DNA from: Candidatus Levyibacteriota bacterium
GTDB lineage: Bacteria; Patescibacteriota; Microgenomatia; Levybacterales; UBA12049
Direction: 5' to 3'
Assembly (NCBI GenBank): GCA_043823085.1
Contig: JBDRBE010000001.1
Coordinates: forward strand, 113,110 to 177,109
DNA length: 64,000 nucleotides
A program made the translations under genes and the position numbers. The notes under the pieces were generated by a model, which was not told where the DNA came from, did not search any database, and worked only from the letters and a program-made list of their open reading frames with translations. Within the stretch, counting starts at the first letter, position 1, and every line of letters begins with the position of its first letter. Of the stretch, positions 40,101-49,722 are shown piece after piece.

Positions 40101-40233
40101 ATTCAATGCAAGCTATAGCGATGAGCGTACACTTGTTACACCTCGGAGGTGTAACATCGTACCCCGCCGGACTGCAAACAATGAGTGGAATTGAATTGCT
40201 CGATGCAATTGGGAGTTTTGGGGGAATAGGCGG
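40101..40233 (+). repeat. intergenic repeat family copy (expanded; carries the GTTACACC palindrome)
   Basis: attcaatgcaagctatagcgatgagc...gcaattgggagttttgggggaatagg with the 21-nt palindrome at 40135-40155 embedded. Confidence 0.55.
40135..40155. repeat. 21-nt perfect palindrome gttacacctcggaggtgtaac
   Basis: Member of a four-copy palindrome family. Confidence 0.7.
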
Positions 40234-40243
40234 TAAAAATTTT

Positions 40244-40861
40244 TCAAACAGTAAAATCTGGGCCTTGACTATAATCAAAACCTATGCTTTGACATTTTAT
40301 CGACGGCACGCCTGAAACCAGTGCATTATTTACTGTATCCAATAATTGATCCGTTAATTTTAACCTTTCTTCGAATGGGTTTCTTGCAAAATCTTGCAAT
40401 CTGTATAATCTTTGTCCTGCCAACTCATTGAGTTCAATGTCGCAAGATTCTGAATCGAGCTTTATTCTTGCTTGCTTAAAAATAGTGTCGTCCTGCTGCT
40501 TCTTTTGCTCTAAAGTGGGAATAAAAATGCCCAAAGCATAACTTGTTTCTAATCCTTTTTTCGAAGAAATAAATGTTGTCAACTTTTTAAGTCCCAAAAC
40601 ATAATTTCTTGTAGAATTTTTAAACCCTGCGTCTCTTAAAATTTTTCTCCATTCTTTTGTAAACTTTAAGTCTATAAGTTTTAAATAAATAACAGACCAC
40701 ATCTTTTGGTAATTTGCGACACGTTTTTTTTCGAGCGCTCTTCTTATATCCTCTTCCTCCGGAAAGTGTTGGTCAAAAATTCCCTTTGCCTTTGCAACTA
40801 CTTGTCCATAAAATAATTCCGACTGTGAAATAGGTTTTTCTTTTCCTGATTCTTTACCCAT
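40244..40861 (-). CDS. hypothetical protein (205 aa)
   Basis: ORF only. Confidence 0.4.
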   Translation of the reverse strand: MGKESGKEKPISQSELFYGQVVAKAKGIFDQHFPEEEDIRRALEKKRVANYQKMWSVIYLKLIDLKFTKEWRKILRDAGFKNSTRNYVLGLKKLTTFISSKKGLETSYALGIFIPTLEQKKQQDDTIFKQARIKLDSESCDIELNELAGQRLYRLQDFARNPFEERLKLTDQLLDTVNNALVSGVPSIKCQSIGFDYSQGPDFTV

Positions 40862-40986
40862 ATCTCATAGTATAACATCCGCTATAAAAATTATCAACGT
40901 GATGAATTTTATATCCCTCGGCGCAATAATTATTTTAAAAGTTTAAATAACAGCATTTTTAGTGAACTATTTGATATACTCTAACT

Positions 40987-41499
40987 ATGAATTTTAAAAA
41001 ATTTATTAGACCTGGGAAGAAAGCTTCTGATATTACTCCTTTATTTTTAGATAAAGAGGCTTTTCAGAATCTAATTGATAAATTAGCTAATTTATTTAGA
41101 GATCAAAAAATTGATAAAGTTGCCTGTGTTGAAGGCAGAGGATTTATTTTAGGTTCAGCAGTAGCTTATAGGCTTAAACTTGGTCTAATCCTTATTAGGC
41201 AACAAGGAAAATTACAAAATGAAAGCTTATCTGCAACTTACACTGATTATTCAGGACAGGAAAAAGTTTTAGAAATCCACAAAGACGCAATTTTATGTGG
41301 GGATAATATTTTAATAATTGATGATTGGGTAGAAACGGGGAATACTTTGAAGACAGTTATTCAATTAATCCAAAAGTGTCAAGGAAAAGTTGTAGGGATA
41401 GGTGTTTTTATTGATGATTCTAATGAAAATCTGAAAGAATATTTAAGGAATTATAATTACAAATTTTTAGAAAAGGTTTCCCAACAAGATAATTTCTAA
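40987..41499 (+). CDS. type I phosphoribosyltransferase (adenine/hypoxanthine PRT-like)
   Basis: PRPP-binding motif ILIIDDWVETGNTL. Confidence 0.65.
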   Translation: MNFKKFIRPGKKASDITPLFLDKEAFQNLIDKLANLFRDQKIDKVACVEGRGFILGSAVAYRLKLGLILIRQQGKLQNESLSATYTDYSGQEKVLEIHKDAILCGDNILIIDDWVETGNTLKTVIQLIQKCQGKVVGIGVFIDDSNENLKEYLRNYNYKFLEKVSQQDNF

Positions 41500-41532
41500 T
41501 TGATAATTTCGAGCAAATTTTATACTTCGATT

Positions 41533-41616
41533 TCACTCAGTACAATAGCACTTCGGCTGCACTCAGTGCAAGCTATGGTGGTGAGCGAAGTCGAACCAGG
41601 AGTTTTGGAGGAATTT
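41533..41616 (+). repeat. intergenic repeat family copy
   Basis: cactcagtgcaagctatggtggtgagcgaagtcgaaccaggagttttggagg. Confidence 0.55.
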
Positions 41617-41695
41617 ACCACACGCAAACAACCCGCTGGGTTTACCCTGAGTCAAATCGAAAGGTTTCCCCATGGGCTGTTTTACCTATAGGTAC

Positions 41696-42277
41696 TTACG
41701 GAAGTATTGTCCATTGATCGTTTAGACCGAAACCTGGTGCGCCAATCTTACTATACAATCCATTTAATCCAGCTGCTGGGTCATTCCATACTTCTTGAAT
41801 GATAGTATATTGCCCCCAAAGAGGACTACCTGAACCTGTCCAAACTATTTTTACAAAATCGGTATAGTGTTGAACATCACCATTCGCATCTGTATAACTA
41901 CCGTTAAATTGATTAGTCAACCAACCTTTACTTACTCCATCTGCAACTCCATCAACTAAACCCCTGTCCAGTTTTCCATCTCCATTGCAGTCAACATTTG
42001 CCAACCAGGCATCACTCCATTTCATTATAAGCTTATCACCCGAAGTAACCGGTACTGCGGGGCGGGAGTAATTGTCATAGTAACCGTTAAATATACGGGC
42101 TTGATAGTTATAACCATATTGGTCATAGCCAACTGATACAGGATTACCCGTACTATCAGTAATAGTGCCATCTTTGATGGTTGCGCAAGATTTTGATGCT
42201 GCAAAAGCTGGAACTGCTACAGTTACTAAAAGTATGGCAACCGCAGAAACTCCTACCAAAAAAGTTTTTATATTCAT
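41696..42277 (-). CDS. secreted protein of unknown function (signal peptide AFA-AS)
   Basis: Strong ribosome-binding site GGAGGTGA, upstream TTGACT-17-TAATAA promoter, signal peptide, Gly/Asp/Asn-rich mature part, GC higher than context. Confidence 0.5.
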   Translation of the reverse strand: MNIKTFLVGVSAVAILLVTVAVPAFAASKSCATIKDGTITDSTGNPVSVGYDQYGYNYQARIFNGYYDNYSRPAVPVTSGDKLIMKWSDAWLANVDCNGDGKLDRGLVDGVADGVSKGWLTNQFNGSYTDANGDVQHYTDFVKIVWTGSGSPLWGQYTIIQEVWNDPAAGLNGLYSKIGAPGFGLNDQWTILP

Positions 42278-42486
42278 TTTGTCACCTCCTTCCTTATTTA
42301 AATCCTATATTTAAATTATTATCTCTTTCCTTTCATAAAGTCAAGAATTCCGTTAGGCGACTTGCTACCGTTGGGATGGAATTATATTGACATCTGTGCG
42401 AAGTTTTTAGCATTTTTTGAGGCCTTGCGACTTTTTGATAATTTAAGCCAGCCCACATCTTTCCAGAGGTTAAAATTCTAGAGATG

Positions 42487-42978
42487 TTACTTGGCTTTTT
42501 TCTTAGCAGTTTCTTCTTTTTGAGATTTAATGAATTTAAGATAACCTAAAAATATTGCAATTATCAAACCAACAGTCACCACCAAAAATCTAAACTTAGC
42601 ATCCTCACTGGCAAACCCTCGGATAATAGAATAGGTTAAAGTTAACGCTCCCCCAAGCAGCATTCCATCAGCAATAACTTGAATCACCCTGGCAAAGGTT
42701 AAACTTATTATTAAAATAATTATTGCTGCCACCAGTGAAATAATCGAAATATCACGGTTGTAAACTTTACTTTTCTCCATAAAAACCCTTTCCTCAGCAT
42801 CAAACTTTTTCTGTTCTTGCCTTACCTCTGGAGAAATCTCATTCTTTGGAGGACAATATTTTATTGATAGTGGTGGCTCCGGGGCTTTGGGTCCAGGATA
42901 AAAAGCATCAATTCCCACTCCAACAAAGGTAGCAAGAAGTATTCCGATAAAAATAACGTAGACAAACCTTAATATCAT
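42487..42978 (-). CDS. hypothetical membrane protein (163 aa)
   Basis: Transmembrane helices; ORF. Confidence 0.4.
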   Translation of the reverse strand: MILRFVYVIFIGILLATFVGVGIDAFYPGPKAPEPPLSIKYCPPKNEISPEVRQEQKKFDAEERVFMEKSKVYNRDISIISLVAAIIILIISLTFARVIQVIADGMLLGGALTLTYSIIRGFASEDAKFRFLVVTVGLIIAIFLGYLKFIKSQKEETAKKKAK

Positions 42979-43029
42979 CTATACTAAAATTCAGTGTAAC
43001 ATAAAAATAGGAAAAATTCCAGGAAACAA

Positions 43030-43995
43030 TTACTCAATTGAGGTTGAGCCTTTGTAGATTTTTGGGGCTAACCAGTCCGGCGGTGTTTCCTCTTCTTCGG
43101 TCGTATCTTCTTCAACCGCGTTTCGTCTTTTTATTGATGTGGGCGGAGTTTGCTTAATAGTTTTTAAACCAGTGGATTTTAAATCGTCGAGGAAATTCTT
43201 CTTTGGCATCGGTTGTGCCCAATCTTGTACCTTTTTTTGAAGAGGTTTTTCTTCTGGTAAACTTTTTGGTCTGACTGCTCCTTTTCGAAGAAGTGTGGCA
43301 CAAAGTTCAAAAGCAAAAGGAGAAGTTTTAAAATTGGAAAAATTATCTGTGGCAAAAGAAAGACCATTCAAAAGATTCTGCGCAACATCAATATCTATTT
43401 CAAATCCCAAAAAGGTTAGAATTCTTGCCATTTGCTCGCAAACTGATGAAAAATCAGGAGAAACAAAAACTATATCGCCAAAGGCTTGATTATCTGCTTT
43501 ATTATCAACGTTAATAAGTGTTGCGCCTTTTAGAGCTTCCGGGTCAAAAAGATTGCCAAGATCGGACAATCTCGGTGTTCCAATAATAAAAATTGTTTTT
43601 GGCAGACCCCCGCCTCTTTTAAACATCACGTCATCTTGCGAAAAGGAAAAACCCAATTCTCCGGCCTTTACTAAAATATTTAAGTATCCTTGTTCCAACG
43701 TATAAGAAACTTTTTCGATTTCTCCTTCCTCATAAGGAAAAGAAACAACCAAATCTCCGCTTTCGCCTGTGTCCAGACTTTTTTTGACTTTATTTATTCC
43801 AATTAAAGATGAAATTTCAACTAAAGGATCAAGAGGTGTAGCAATAGAGACCTTTTTATTCACTTGTTGGAGTAAAAGATAAAGAGAAAGCGCCGCACCC
43901 ATATTATCCAAATTGGCATCTTTCCCAATCAAAATTCCAATTGATTCGTCTTTTGCAAGAATTTCCTTAATTTGACCAAAAATGGCATTGTCCAT
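43030..43995 (-). CDS. hypothetical protein (321 aa; weak DHH-like features, acidic tail)
   Basis: Sits where rbfA/truB-type genes usually follow infB; no clear motif. Confidence 0.35.
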   Translation of the reverse strand: MDNAIFGQIKEILAKDESIGILIGKDANLDNMGAALSLYLLLQQVNKKVSIATPLDPLVEISSLIGINKVKKSLDTGESGDLVVSFPYEEGEIEKVSYTLEQGYLNILVKAGELGFSFSQDDVMFKRGGGLPKTIFIIGTPRLSDLGNLFDPEALKGATLINVDNKADNQAFGDIVFVSPDFSSVCEQMARILTFLGFEIDIDVAQNLLNGLSFATDNFSNFKTSPFAFELCATLLRKGAVRPKSLPEEKPLQKKVQDWAQPMPKKNFLDDLKSTGLKTIKQTPPTSIKRRNAVEEDTTEEEETPPDWLAPKIYKGSTSIE

Positions 43996-43996
43996 G

Positions 43997-45490
43997 TTAT
44001 CGATGGGATATTAACATATCGCCTATAGTAAAGTCAAGGACGGGTGAAATAATAATTCCGGCTTCCTGTCCTTTTTCAATTTTTGAAACGATTTCCTTGC
44101 CCTGGCGAACCGAAGTAATCGTGCTTTCTCCGATTTTTTCCTCTCCTCTTATGAGTCTTATTCTATCGCCTCTTGCAATTCTGCCATCCATTACTTTAAT
44201 TCCTAAAACTTTGGTTTTTTCGTAAGGAAAAGAGGCTAAAATTTTTGCCGCACCCAAAATTTCTTCAATCAATGCTTCTTTTTTCCCTTCTATAACATCC
44301 TTCAACTCATCCAATAATTCATAAATTATTGAATAATTTCTAATTATTACTTTTTCTGTTTTGCTAAGTTTTGTAATTTCCGGTTTTACTTTTAAATTAA
44401 AACATATAATAATCGCTTTTGATTCTTTGGCCATTAATACATCCGATGGCCCGATATCGCCGGTTTTTTGACTGATAATATAAACACCTTTTGGCAAAGA
44501 AGCAACTATTGCCTCAAGTGACCCCAGGGTATCGGCGCAAAGAACAATTGAAAGACTTGCCACTTTTGAAGAATCGCCAATTGCTTCTTGCTCTTTAAGA
44601 GCCGCTGCCAAATGGGAGCCCGAAGAAACAGGACTCTGATCCAACTTTTCACTTTTTTTCGATACTACCGCTCCGACATTGGGAACTTTTTCAAATCCCA
44701 AAATTTCAACCGCATCTCCAACTATAGCGCTCTCCAAATTTTTACCTAAATCGTTAATAATTGATTTTACCCGCGCCTCAATTCCCTCTGAAATTAATTC
44801 ATCCCTGAATTTAAGTTTTCCTTTTTTTACAACAATTGTCGCCCTCGGTCCTGACCTTTGATCAAGTTTTGATTCAATAACAATTGCGCTAAAAGCTTCT
44901 TTCTCTGCTTCTTCTTTTGCTCTTTTAAGATTTGGTAAATGAACCTCGGAAACTAAAAGAATTAATTCTAAAAGTTCTTTTACATTTTTTCCTTTTTTTG
45001 CAGAAACTTCAATAACCGGAACATCTCCACCCAAACCTTCAAGTAAAACATTTTCTTTTAAAAGCTGATTTTTTACTTTCTCGGGATTTTTTTCGGGTAA
45101 ATCTGCTTTTGTTAAAACAACAATAAAAGGGATTTTTGCACTTTGTAAAAGTTTAATGCTTTCTTTTGTTTGGGGCATAACTCCGTCGGTTGCAGAAACT
45201 ATTAAAAGACCGATGTCTGCCGCAAGTGCTCCGCGCGATCGCATAGCCCAAAAAGCTTCATGACCGGGAGTATCGATAAAAGTTATTCTTCTTTTTTGGT
45301 TCTCACCAAGAATTTCAATGCTTGAAGCACCGATTTTTTGGGTAATTCCACCGTGTTCTCTTTGCGCAATATTTGTTTTTCGAATAGCGTCAAGCAAAGT
45401 TGTTTTCCCATGATCAACGTGTCCTAAAACCGCAACTACAGGAGGGAAAAAGTTTGATACCGAGGCGACTTTCGTTTTATTTTTAACCAT
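43997..45490 (-). CDS. infB: translation initiation factor IF-2 (short form)
   Basis: GHVDHGKTTLLD G1 motif, 497 aa. Confidence 0.9.
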   Translation of the reverse strand: MVKNKTKVASVSNFFPPVVAVLGHVDHGKTTLLDAIRKTNIAQREHGGITQKIGASSIEILGENQKRRITFIDTPGHEAFWAMRSRGALAADIGLLIVSATDGVMPQTKESIKLLQSAKIPFIVVLTKADLPEKNPEKVKNQLLKENVLLEGLGGDVPVIEVSAKKGKNVKELLELILLVSEVHLPNLKRAKEEAEKEAFSAIVIESKLDQRSGPRATIVVKKGKLKFRDELISEGIEARVKSIINDLGKNLESAIVGDAVEILGFEKVPNVGAVVSKKSEKLDQSPVSSGSHLAAALKEQEAIGDSSKVASLSIVLCADTLGSLEAIVASLPKGVYIISQKTGDIGPSDVLMAKESKAIIICFNLKVKPEITKLSKTEKVIIRNYSIIYELLDELKDVIEGKKEALIEEILGAAKILASFPYEKTKVLGIKVMDGRIARGDRIRLIRGEEKIGESTITSVRQGKEIVSKIEKGQEAGIIISPVLDFTIGDMLISHR

Positions 45491-45508
45491 AATATATTAA
45501 ACATTGAA

Positions 45509-46495
45509 TTATACTTCTTTCTCTTCTAATTCTTTTTCCAATGTTTCTTCTTTTCCTTTAATTTCAATTCTGTAACCGGTTAATTTTGATGCCAGTCTAA
45601 CATTTTGTCCGCCTTGCCCAATGGCAAGAGAAAGTTCATTTTGGGGAATGGTAACGTTGGCTGTTTTTCCTTCTTCATCAAGCTCAACTGTAATATCTTT
45701 GGCCGGCGAAAGAGAATTGGCAAGATAAGTTTTAATATTTTCCTGCCATTGAATAATATCGATTTTCTCAAGTCCTCCGAATTCTTCGATAATTGCCTGT
45801 ACCCTGACTCCTTTTTGTCCGACACAGCTTCCAACCGGATCAATACCGGATTGGGTTGAAGAAACAGCCACTTTTGCTCTTATTCCCGGTTCTCTGGCAA
45901 TATTTTTAATAACAACTGTTCCTTGAGAAACTTCCGGAACTTCTCTTTTGAAAAGTCCTTCCAAAAGTCCGTTTGCGGCACGGGAAACAATAATTTCTTC
46001 TCCTTTTAACCCCGGCTTAATATCTAAAATATAAACCGTCAATCTTTGATTAAGATGATATTTTTCATTAGGAATTTGCTCTTGTGATGGCATTATTCCT
46101 TCTGCTTTTCCAATGTCAACAATAATATTTGGACCGGCAAATTTTAAAACCATGCCATTAACAATAGTGCCGACTCTTGCCCTGTAATCGGTGACTATGG
46201 CTTCCTTTTCTTTTTCTCTGATTTTTTGTAAAATTACTTGTTTTGCAGTTTGAGCGGCAATTCGGCCAAAACCAGGAGGCGTAACATCTTTGTCTTTATA
46301 AAAAATGCGGGCTTCTCCCGTATTTGGATTGAGGGTAGCAGTATAGTCTTCAACAATAATGTCCGGATTGTCTTTTCGGTAGGCGGCCAAAATGGCGTTT
46401 TTGACAGTTTCCAAAACCACCGAAACATCAACACCGCGTTCGTTGGCAACCTGATTTAAAGCTAGTGCAAATTCACTTCTTTGTATAGCCGGCAT
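45509..46495 (-). CDS. nusA: transcription termination/antitermination factor NusA
   Basis: NusA N-terminal domain, S1 and two KH domains; upstream of infB. Confidence 0.9.
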   Translation of the reverse strand: MPAIQRSEFALALNQVANERGVDVSVVLETVKNAILAAYRKDNPDIIVEDYTATLNPNTGEARIFYKDKDVTPPGFGRIAAQTAKQVILQKIREKEKEAIVTDYRARVGTIVNGMVLKFAGPNIIVDIGKAEGIMPSQEQIPNEKYHLNQRLTVYILDIKPGLKGEEIIVSRAANGLLEGLFKREVPEVSQGTVVIKNIAREPGIRAKVAVSSTQSGIDPVGSCVGQKGVRVQAIIEEFGGLEKIDIIQWQENIKTYLANSLSPAKDITVELDEEGKTANVTIPQNELSLAIGQGGQNVRLASKLTGYRIEIKGKEETLEKELEEKEV

Positions 46496-46557
46496 AGTTG
46501 CACCAGTATACCAGATTCACCTCCAACCTTCAACTCGCTGAGGTTTAAAAAATTTAA

Positions 46558-48933
46558 TTATTGGAGAATAATATTATTATTTGCGTCTGTTGAAAGAATA
46601 ATTTTGTCGCCGCGTTTTATTTCGTCTTTGAGGATTTTTTGCGCCAAGAAATCTTCAATATTATCCTGAATAAAACGGCGGAGCGGTCTTGCACCAAATT
46701 GTTTGTCAAAACCCTCTTTGGCAACTTTGACAATTAAATTTTCGCTGAACGAAACCATAATATCCTGCTCTAAAAGTTTTTTAGAAACGCTATCAAGCAT
46801 TAATTTTGCAACTTGTGCCACTTCATTTTCTCCAAGCGGTTGGAAAACAATTACGCCGTCGAGCCTGTTTAAAAGTTCCGGCTTAAAAATTCCTTTTGTT
46901 TGCAAAAAATCCAAAAGCTTTGCCTGAAAGCCTTTATCAACAGAGCTTCCTTTTTGTACTTCTTCCCTGATAAACTCTGAACCCGCATTGGAAGTTGCAA
47001 TAATTATTGAATTAAGAAAAGAAACGGTTTTTCCTTTGTTATCGGTTAATCTCCCATCTTCAAAAACCTGCAGGAAAAGATTAAGAATTTCGGGATTTGC
47101 TTTTTCAAATTCGTCTAAAAGAACTAGGGAAAAAGGATTTTCATAAATTTTATCTGTTAGCTCTCCTTTTTCACTTCCTTGCCCGGGAGGCGCTCCAAGT
47201 AATCGTTTGACTCCATCTGTCCCCGTATACTCACTCATATCAAGCCTTATCATTTTTTCTTCCCCGCCAAAATAAATGGCAGCTAAAGCTTTTGCTGTTT
47301 CTGTTTTTCCAACTCCGGTTGGACCAAGAAAAAGAAAAGAAATTGGTTTTGTCGCAGAGCCAAGTCCGCTTCTAAGTCTTCTTAATGCCTCTGAAATTGC
47401 TATAACCGCTTCTTTTTGATCTACAATTCTCTCATGCAGTTTATCTTCCAAGTGAAGTAATAATTCTTTTTCTTCCCCTTTTGGTTTGGCAACTGCAATT
47501 TTGGTTTTTTCTTCAATCTTATTAACTACGTCTTCTTCTCCAGCTATTTTTTTGCCTGATAAATAAACGCTGTTTGCGACATCACTTAAGAGCAAAACAC
47601 CGCTTCCGGGCATAACTCTATCGGGCATATATTTATCTGCCAAATCGCATGCGGTCAAAATTGAACGGTAGCTTAAAGAAATTTTATTTTTTTTCTCAAT
47701 ATTTTTTGCCTTTTCCAAAAGCATTTTAAGCACCGAGTTTTTATCCGGCTCTTGGAGTTTTATTATTTCAAAAACTTCCAAGACTTCTTTAGCCTGTTCA
47801 ATATATGTTTTAAAATTGCCCGGAGTTGATGTAGTAATAAATCTTAAATTACCTTTTTTAAGATATGGCAGGAGCGCTCCGGATAAATCAAGATGAAAGC
47901 TTGAAGATCCTAAAATATTTTGAAATTCCGGAATAAAAATAATAACATTTCCTGCATGACTAATTTCTTCGATAATTGCCTGAAGTCTTGCTTCTAAATC
48001 GCCTTGATTTTGCGTACCTGCCAAAAGCGAACCGATCATTAATTCAAAAATCCGCTGATGATAAGATGTTCCGGGCATGTCGCTTGTAAAACTTTCAAAA
48101 CAAAGCCTCTTAACAATGCTTGTTTTTCCAGAACCAGGTTCTCCCACCAAAAGAACATTATTTTTTTCTTTACCGCTGATAACTTCTATTGTTCTTTTAA
48201 GCTCGATATCACGTCCCACTAACGCCGGCTTTTCTCCCAATACTTCATTTGTAATATCTCTGGCGTATTTTTTGGTTTCCAAAGTCCAGCCGTAGACCCA
48301 TTCCTCGCCAATTCCTTCGCCCCAAAAATCAACGCGCCAAGGCCTTGGATTTTCTTCATTTGGAAAATCATTTCTTGCCCAAAATAAAATTGCTAAAAAA
48401 TCTTCTCTTTTGAGTTTTTTGGAAAATAAAAGTTTAGCGTTTGGTTCATTTAATAAAATAAAAGCGGTAAAAACGTCCATGGTTGTCACAAATTTTCCGC
48501 CAATTTCTTTTACAACATTCAAGGCCGCAGCTGCTAATTCTTCTTTTGAAATTTCCGAGAATTGAATTTCTTTTTGGGAAAAATCCGATTTATTGACCAT
48601 GAATTTTATTTGCTCGCAATTTAAAAGGTTTTTAATTATTACCGATGATTTATCGTTGCTCTTAAAAAGAGCAAGCGCTTGTAAGGTAAAAGATTGATAT
48701 GGATTTTTACCGTCATTGTTTTGCGCTGAAACTTTTGGAGTAATTTTTGCGATTTTAAAACGGAAGAAAATTTCAAAAATCAAAAAGAGAGATAAAAGAG
48801 CAAACGGGAGAAACCAGGCGATATTTAAAACCGCAAGAATAAAAAACCACAAAAGGGTTACAAGAAGAAAAAGCCTAACTGTTTTGGCAAGTGAATTTGT
48901 GTAAAAAGAATAAAATTTTGCGTATTCAATCAT
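46558..48933 (-). CDS. ClpB/ClpC-like double-AAA+ ATPase with N-terminal transmembrane anchor
   Basis: Two Walker A motifs (GEPGSGKTS; GPTGVGKTE), Clp_N-like repeat, and two predicted transmembrane helices in the first 60 aa. Confidence 0.8.
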   Translation of the reverse strand: MIEYAKFYSFYTNSLAKTVRLFLLVTLLWFFILAVLNIAWFLPFALLSLFLIFEIFFRFKIAKITPKVSAQNNDGKNPYQSFTLQALALFKSNDKSSVIIKNLLNCEQIKFMVNKSDFSQKEIQFSEISKEELAAAALNVVKEIGGKFVTTMDVFTAFILLNEPNAKLLFSKKLKREDFLAILFWARNDFPNEENPRPWRVDFWGEGIGEEWVYGWTLETKKYARDITNEVLGEKPALVGRDIELKRTIEVISGKEKNNVLLVGEPGSGKTSIVKRLCFESFTSDMPGTSYHQRIFELMIGSLLAGTQNQGDLEARLQAIIEEISHAGNVIIFIPEFQNILGSSSFHLDLSGALLPYLKKGNLRFITTSTPGNFKTYIEQAKEVLEVFEIIKLQEPDKNSVLKMLLEKAKNIEKKNKISLSYRSILTACDLADKYMPDRVMPGSGVLLLSDVANSVYLSGKKIAGEEDVVNKIEEKTKIAVAKPKGEEKELLLHLEDKLHERIVDQKEAVIAISEALRRLRSGLGSATKPISFLFLGPTGVGKTETAKALAAIYFGGEEKMIRLDMSEYTGTDGVKRLLGAPPGQGSEKGELTDKIYENPFSLVLLDEFEKANPEILNLFLQVFEDGRLTDNKGKTVSFLNSIIIATSNAGSEFIREEVQKGSSVDKGFQAKLLDFLQTKGIFKPELLNRLDGVIVFQPLGENEVAQVAKLMLDSVSKKLLEQDIMVSFSENLIVKVAKEGFDKQFGARPLRRFIQDNIEDFLAQKILKDEIKRGDKIILSTDANNNIILQ

Positions 48934-49063
48934 AATTTAGAATTCTTGACGTTAGAATTTCTTGATATCTTTGAACTTGAATCTTTGATTTCTTGAATTC
49001 TAGATATCAAGATTTCAATTCGTCAGCTGACGAATCAAGATCAAGAATATCCAACTTCCAACT

Positions 49064-49324
49064 TCAAGGCTTCAATAATAATAGTATCGTAACAATCGGC
49101 CAGAGAATAAATGCTAAAATAAAAATTATTTCTGCTGATAAAAGTAGTAACAATAGAACAATGTCGGCAATAATTACAATGCTTTTTACAAACATCCCCA
49201 TTCCTATCGAAAACCCGACCAAGCCTTTTCGATATTCATTCTTCCATGGTTTGAAGAATGTTTTAACAAGAAGTGAAAGGGAAAACATTTCCAAAAATGC
49301 GTGATTAAGAGAACCAAAGAAAGA
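49064..49324 (-). CDS. small membrane protein (start uncertain; ORF open to 49498)
   Basis: Hydrophobic C-terminal half. The N-terminal MLHLGGVT of the long ORF is just a translation of the palindrome at 49476-49496. Confidence 0.3.
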   Translation of the reverse strand, partial: SFFGSLNHAFLEMFSLSLLVKTFFKPWKNEYRKGLVGFSIGMGMFVKSIVIIADIVLLLLLLSAEIIFILAFILWPIVTILLLLKP

Positions 49325-49475
49325 CATGATTGAAGCCGGCGCTTCTAAGAACCAAAACCTTAAAAAAACCAAAGGAAGATTAAAATAAACAAATTTTGTT
49401 ACTTCGTAATAAAAATTCCCCACAAAGTAAGTGTATGAAGTTTCCCCAAAAATTGCAACGCCCCAGAGGTTATTT

Positions 49476-49496
49476 GTTACACCCCCGAGGTGTAAC
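49476..49496. repeat. 21-nt palindrome gttacacccccgaggtgtaac
   Basis: Member of the palindrome family. Confidence 0.7.
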
Positions 49497-49566
49497 AAGT
49501 AACGAGTTTTAAATTTGTTATACTATGGAAAAGAATTTAGAAGAAAGAGTTTTGGATCTTCTTCCG

Positions 49567-49583
49567 ATCTTGGATCGGAAAAA
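49567..49583. repeat. hairpin tccgatc-ttg-gatcgga
   Basis: Related to the hairpin at 50844-50858; part of a duplicated segment. Confidence 0.5.
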
Positions 49584-49676
49584 TTCCTACTAGAATAATA
49601 GGTGTCACAATTTACGCTATTATAGCAAAAATCTTGCTCGTTTTGAGTATGTTTTCCAAATAATTTTGTTACACTA

Positions 49677-49697
49677 GTTACACCTCCGAGGTGTAAC
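49677..49697. repeat. 21-nt perfect palindrome gttacacctccgaggtgtaac
   Basis: Immediately downstream of the minus gene 49723..50487. Confidence 0.7.
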
Positions 49698-49722
49698 TTC
49701 TTACACTGAGGAAACCTTTGTA

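Noticed and set aside
40106-40315. ORF 40106..40315 (+), the N-terminal 20 residues of ORF 49064..49498 (-), and part of ORF 49523..49801 (-), all containing ...LHLGGVT...
   Set aside because: The shared peptide is simply the translation of the GTTACACCNCCGAGGTGTAAC palindrome on either strand. These are artefacts of the repeat, not a protein family.
39232-41616. GGTTCGAC (T-loop-like) and TAGCTTGCA blocks in the repeat family considered as tRNA genes or tRNA-derived att sites
   Set aside because: The block order (T-loop-like segment before the D-arm-like segment on the transcribed strand) and the flanks do not fold into a cloverleaf. No acceptor stem or CCA context. Left as unclassified repeats.
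48993-49304. 103-aa plus-strand ORF overlapping the minus-strand membrane ORF 49064..49498
   Set aside because: The two mutually exclude each other. The minus-strand version has a hydrophobic membrane-like C-terminal half, so it was kept at low confidence; the plus-strand one is Asn/Ser/Ile-rich.
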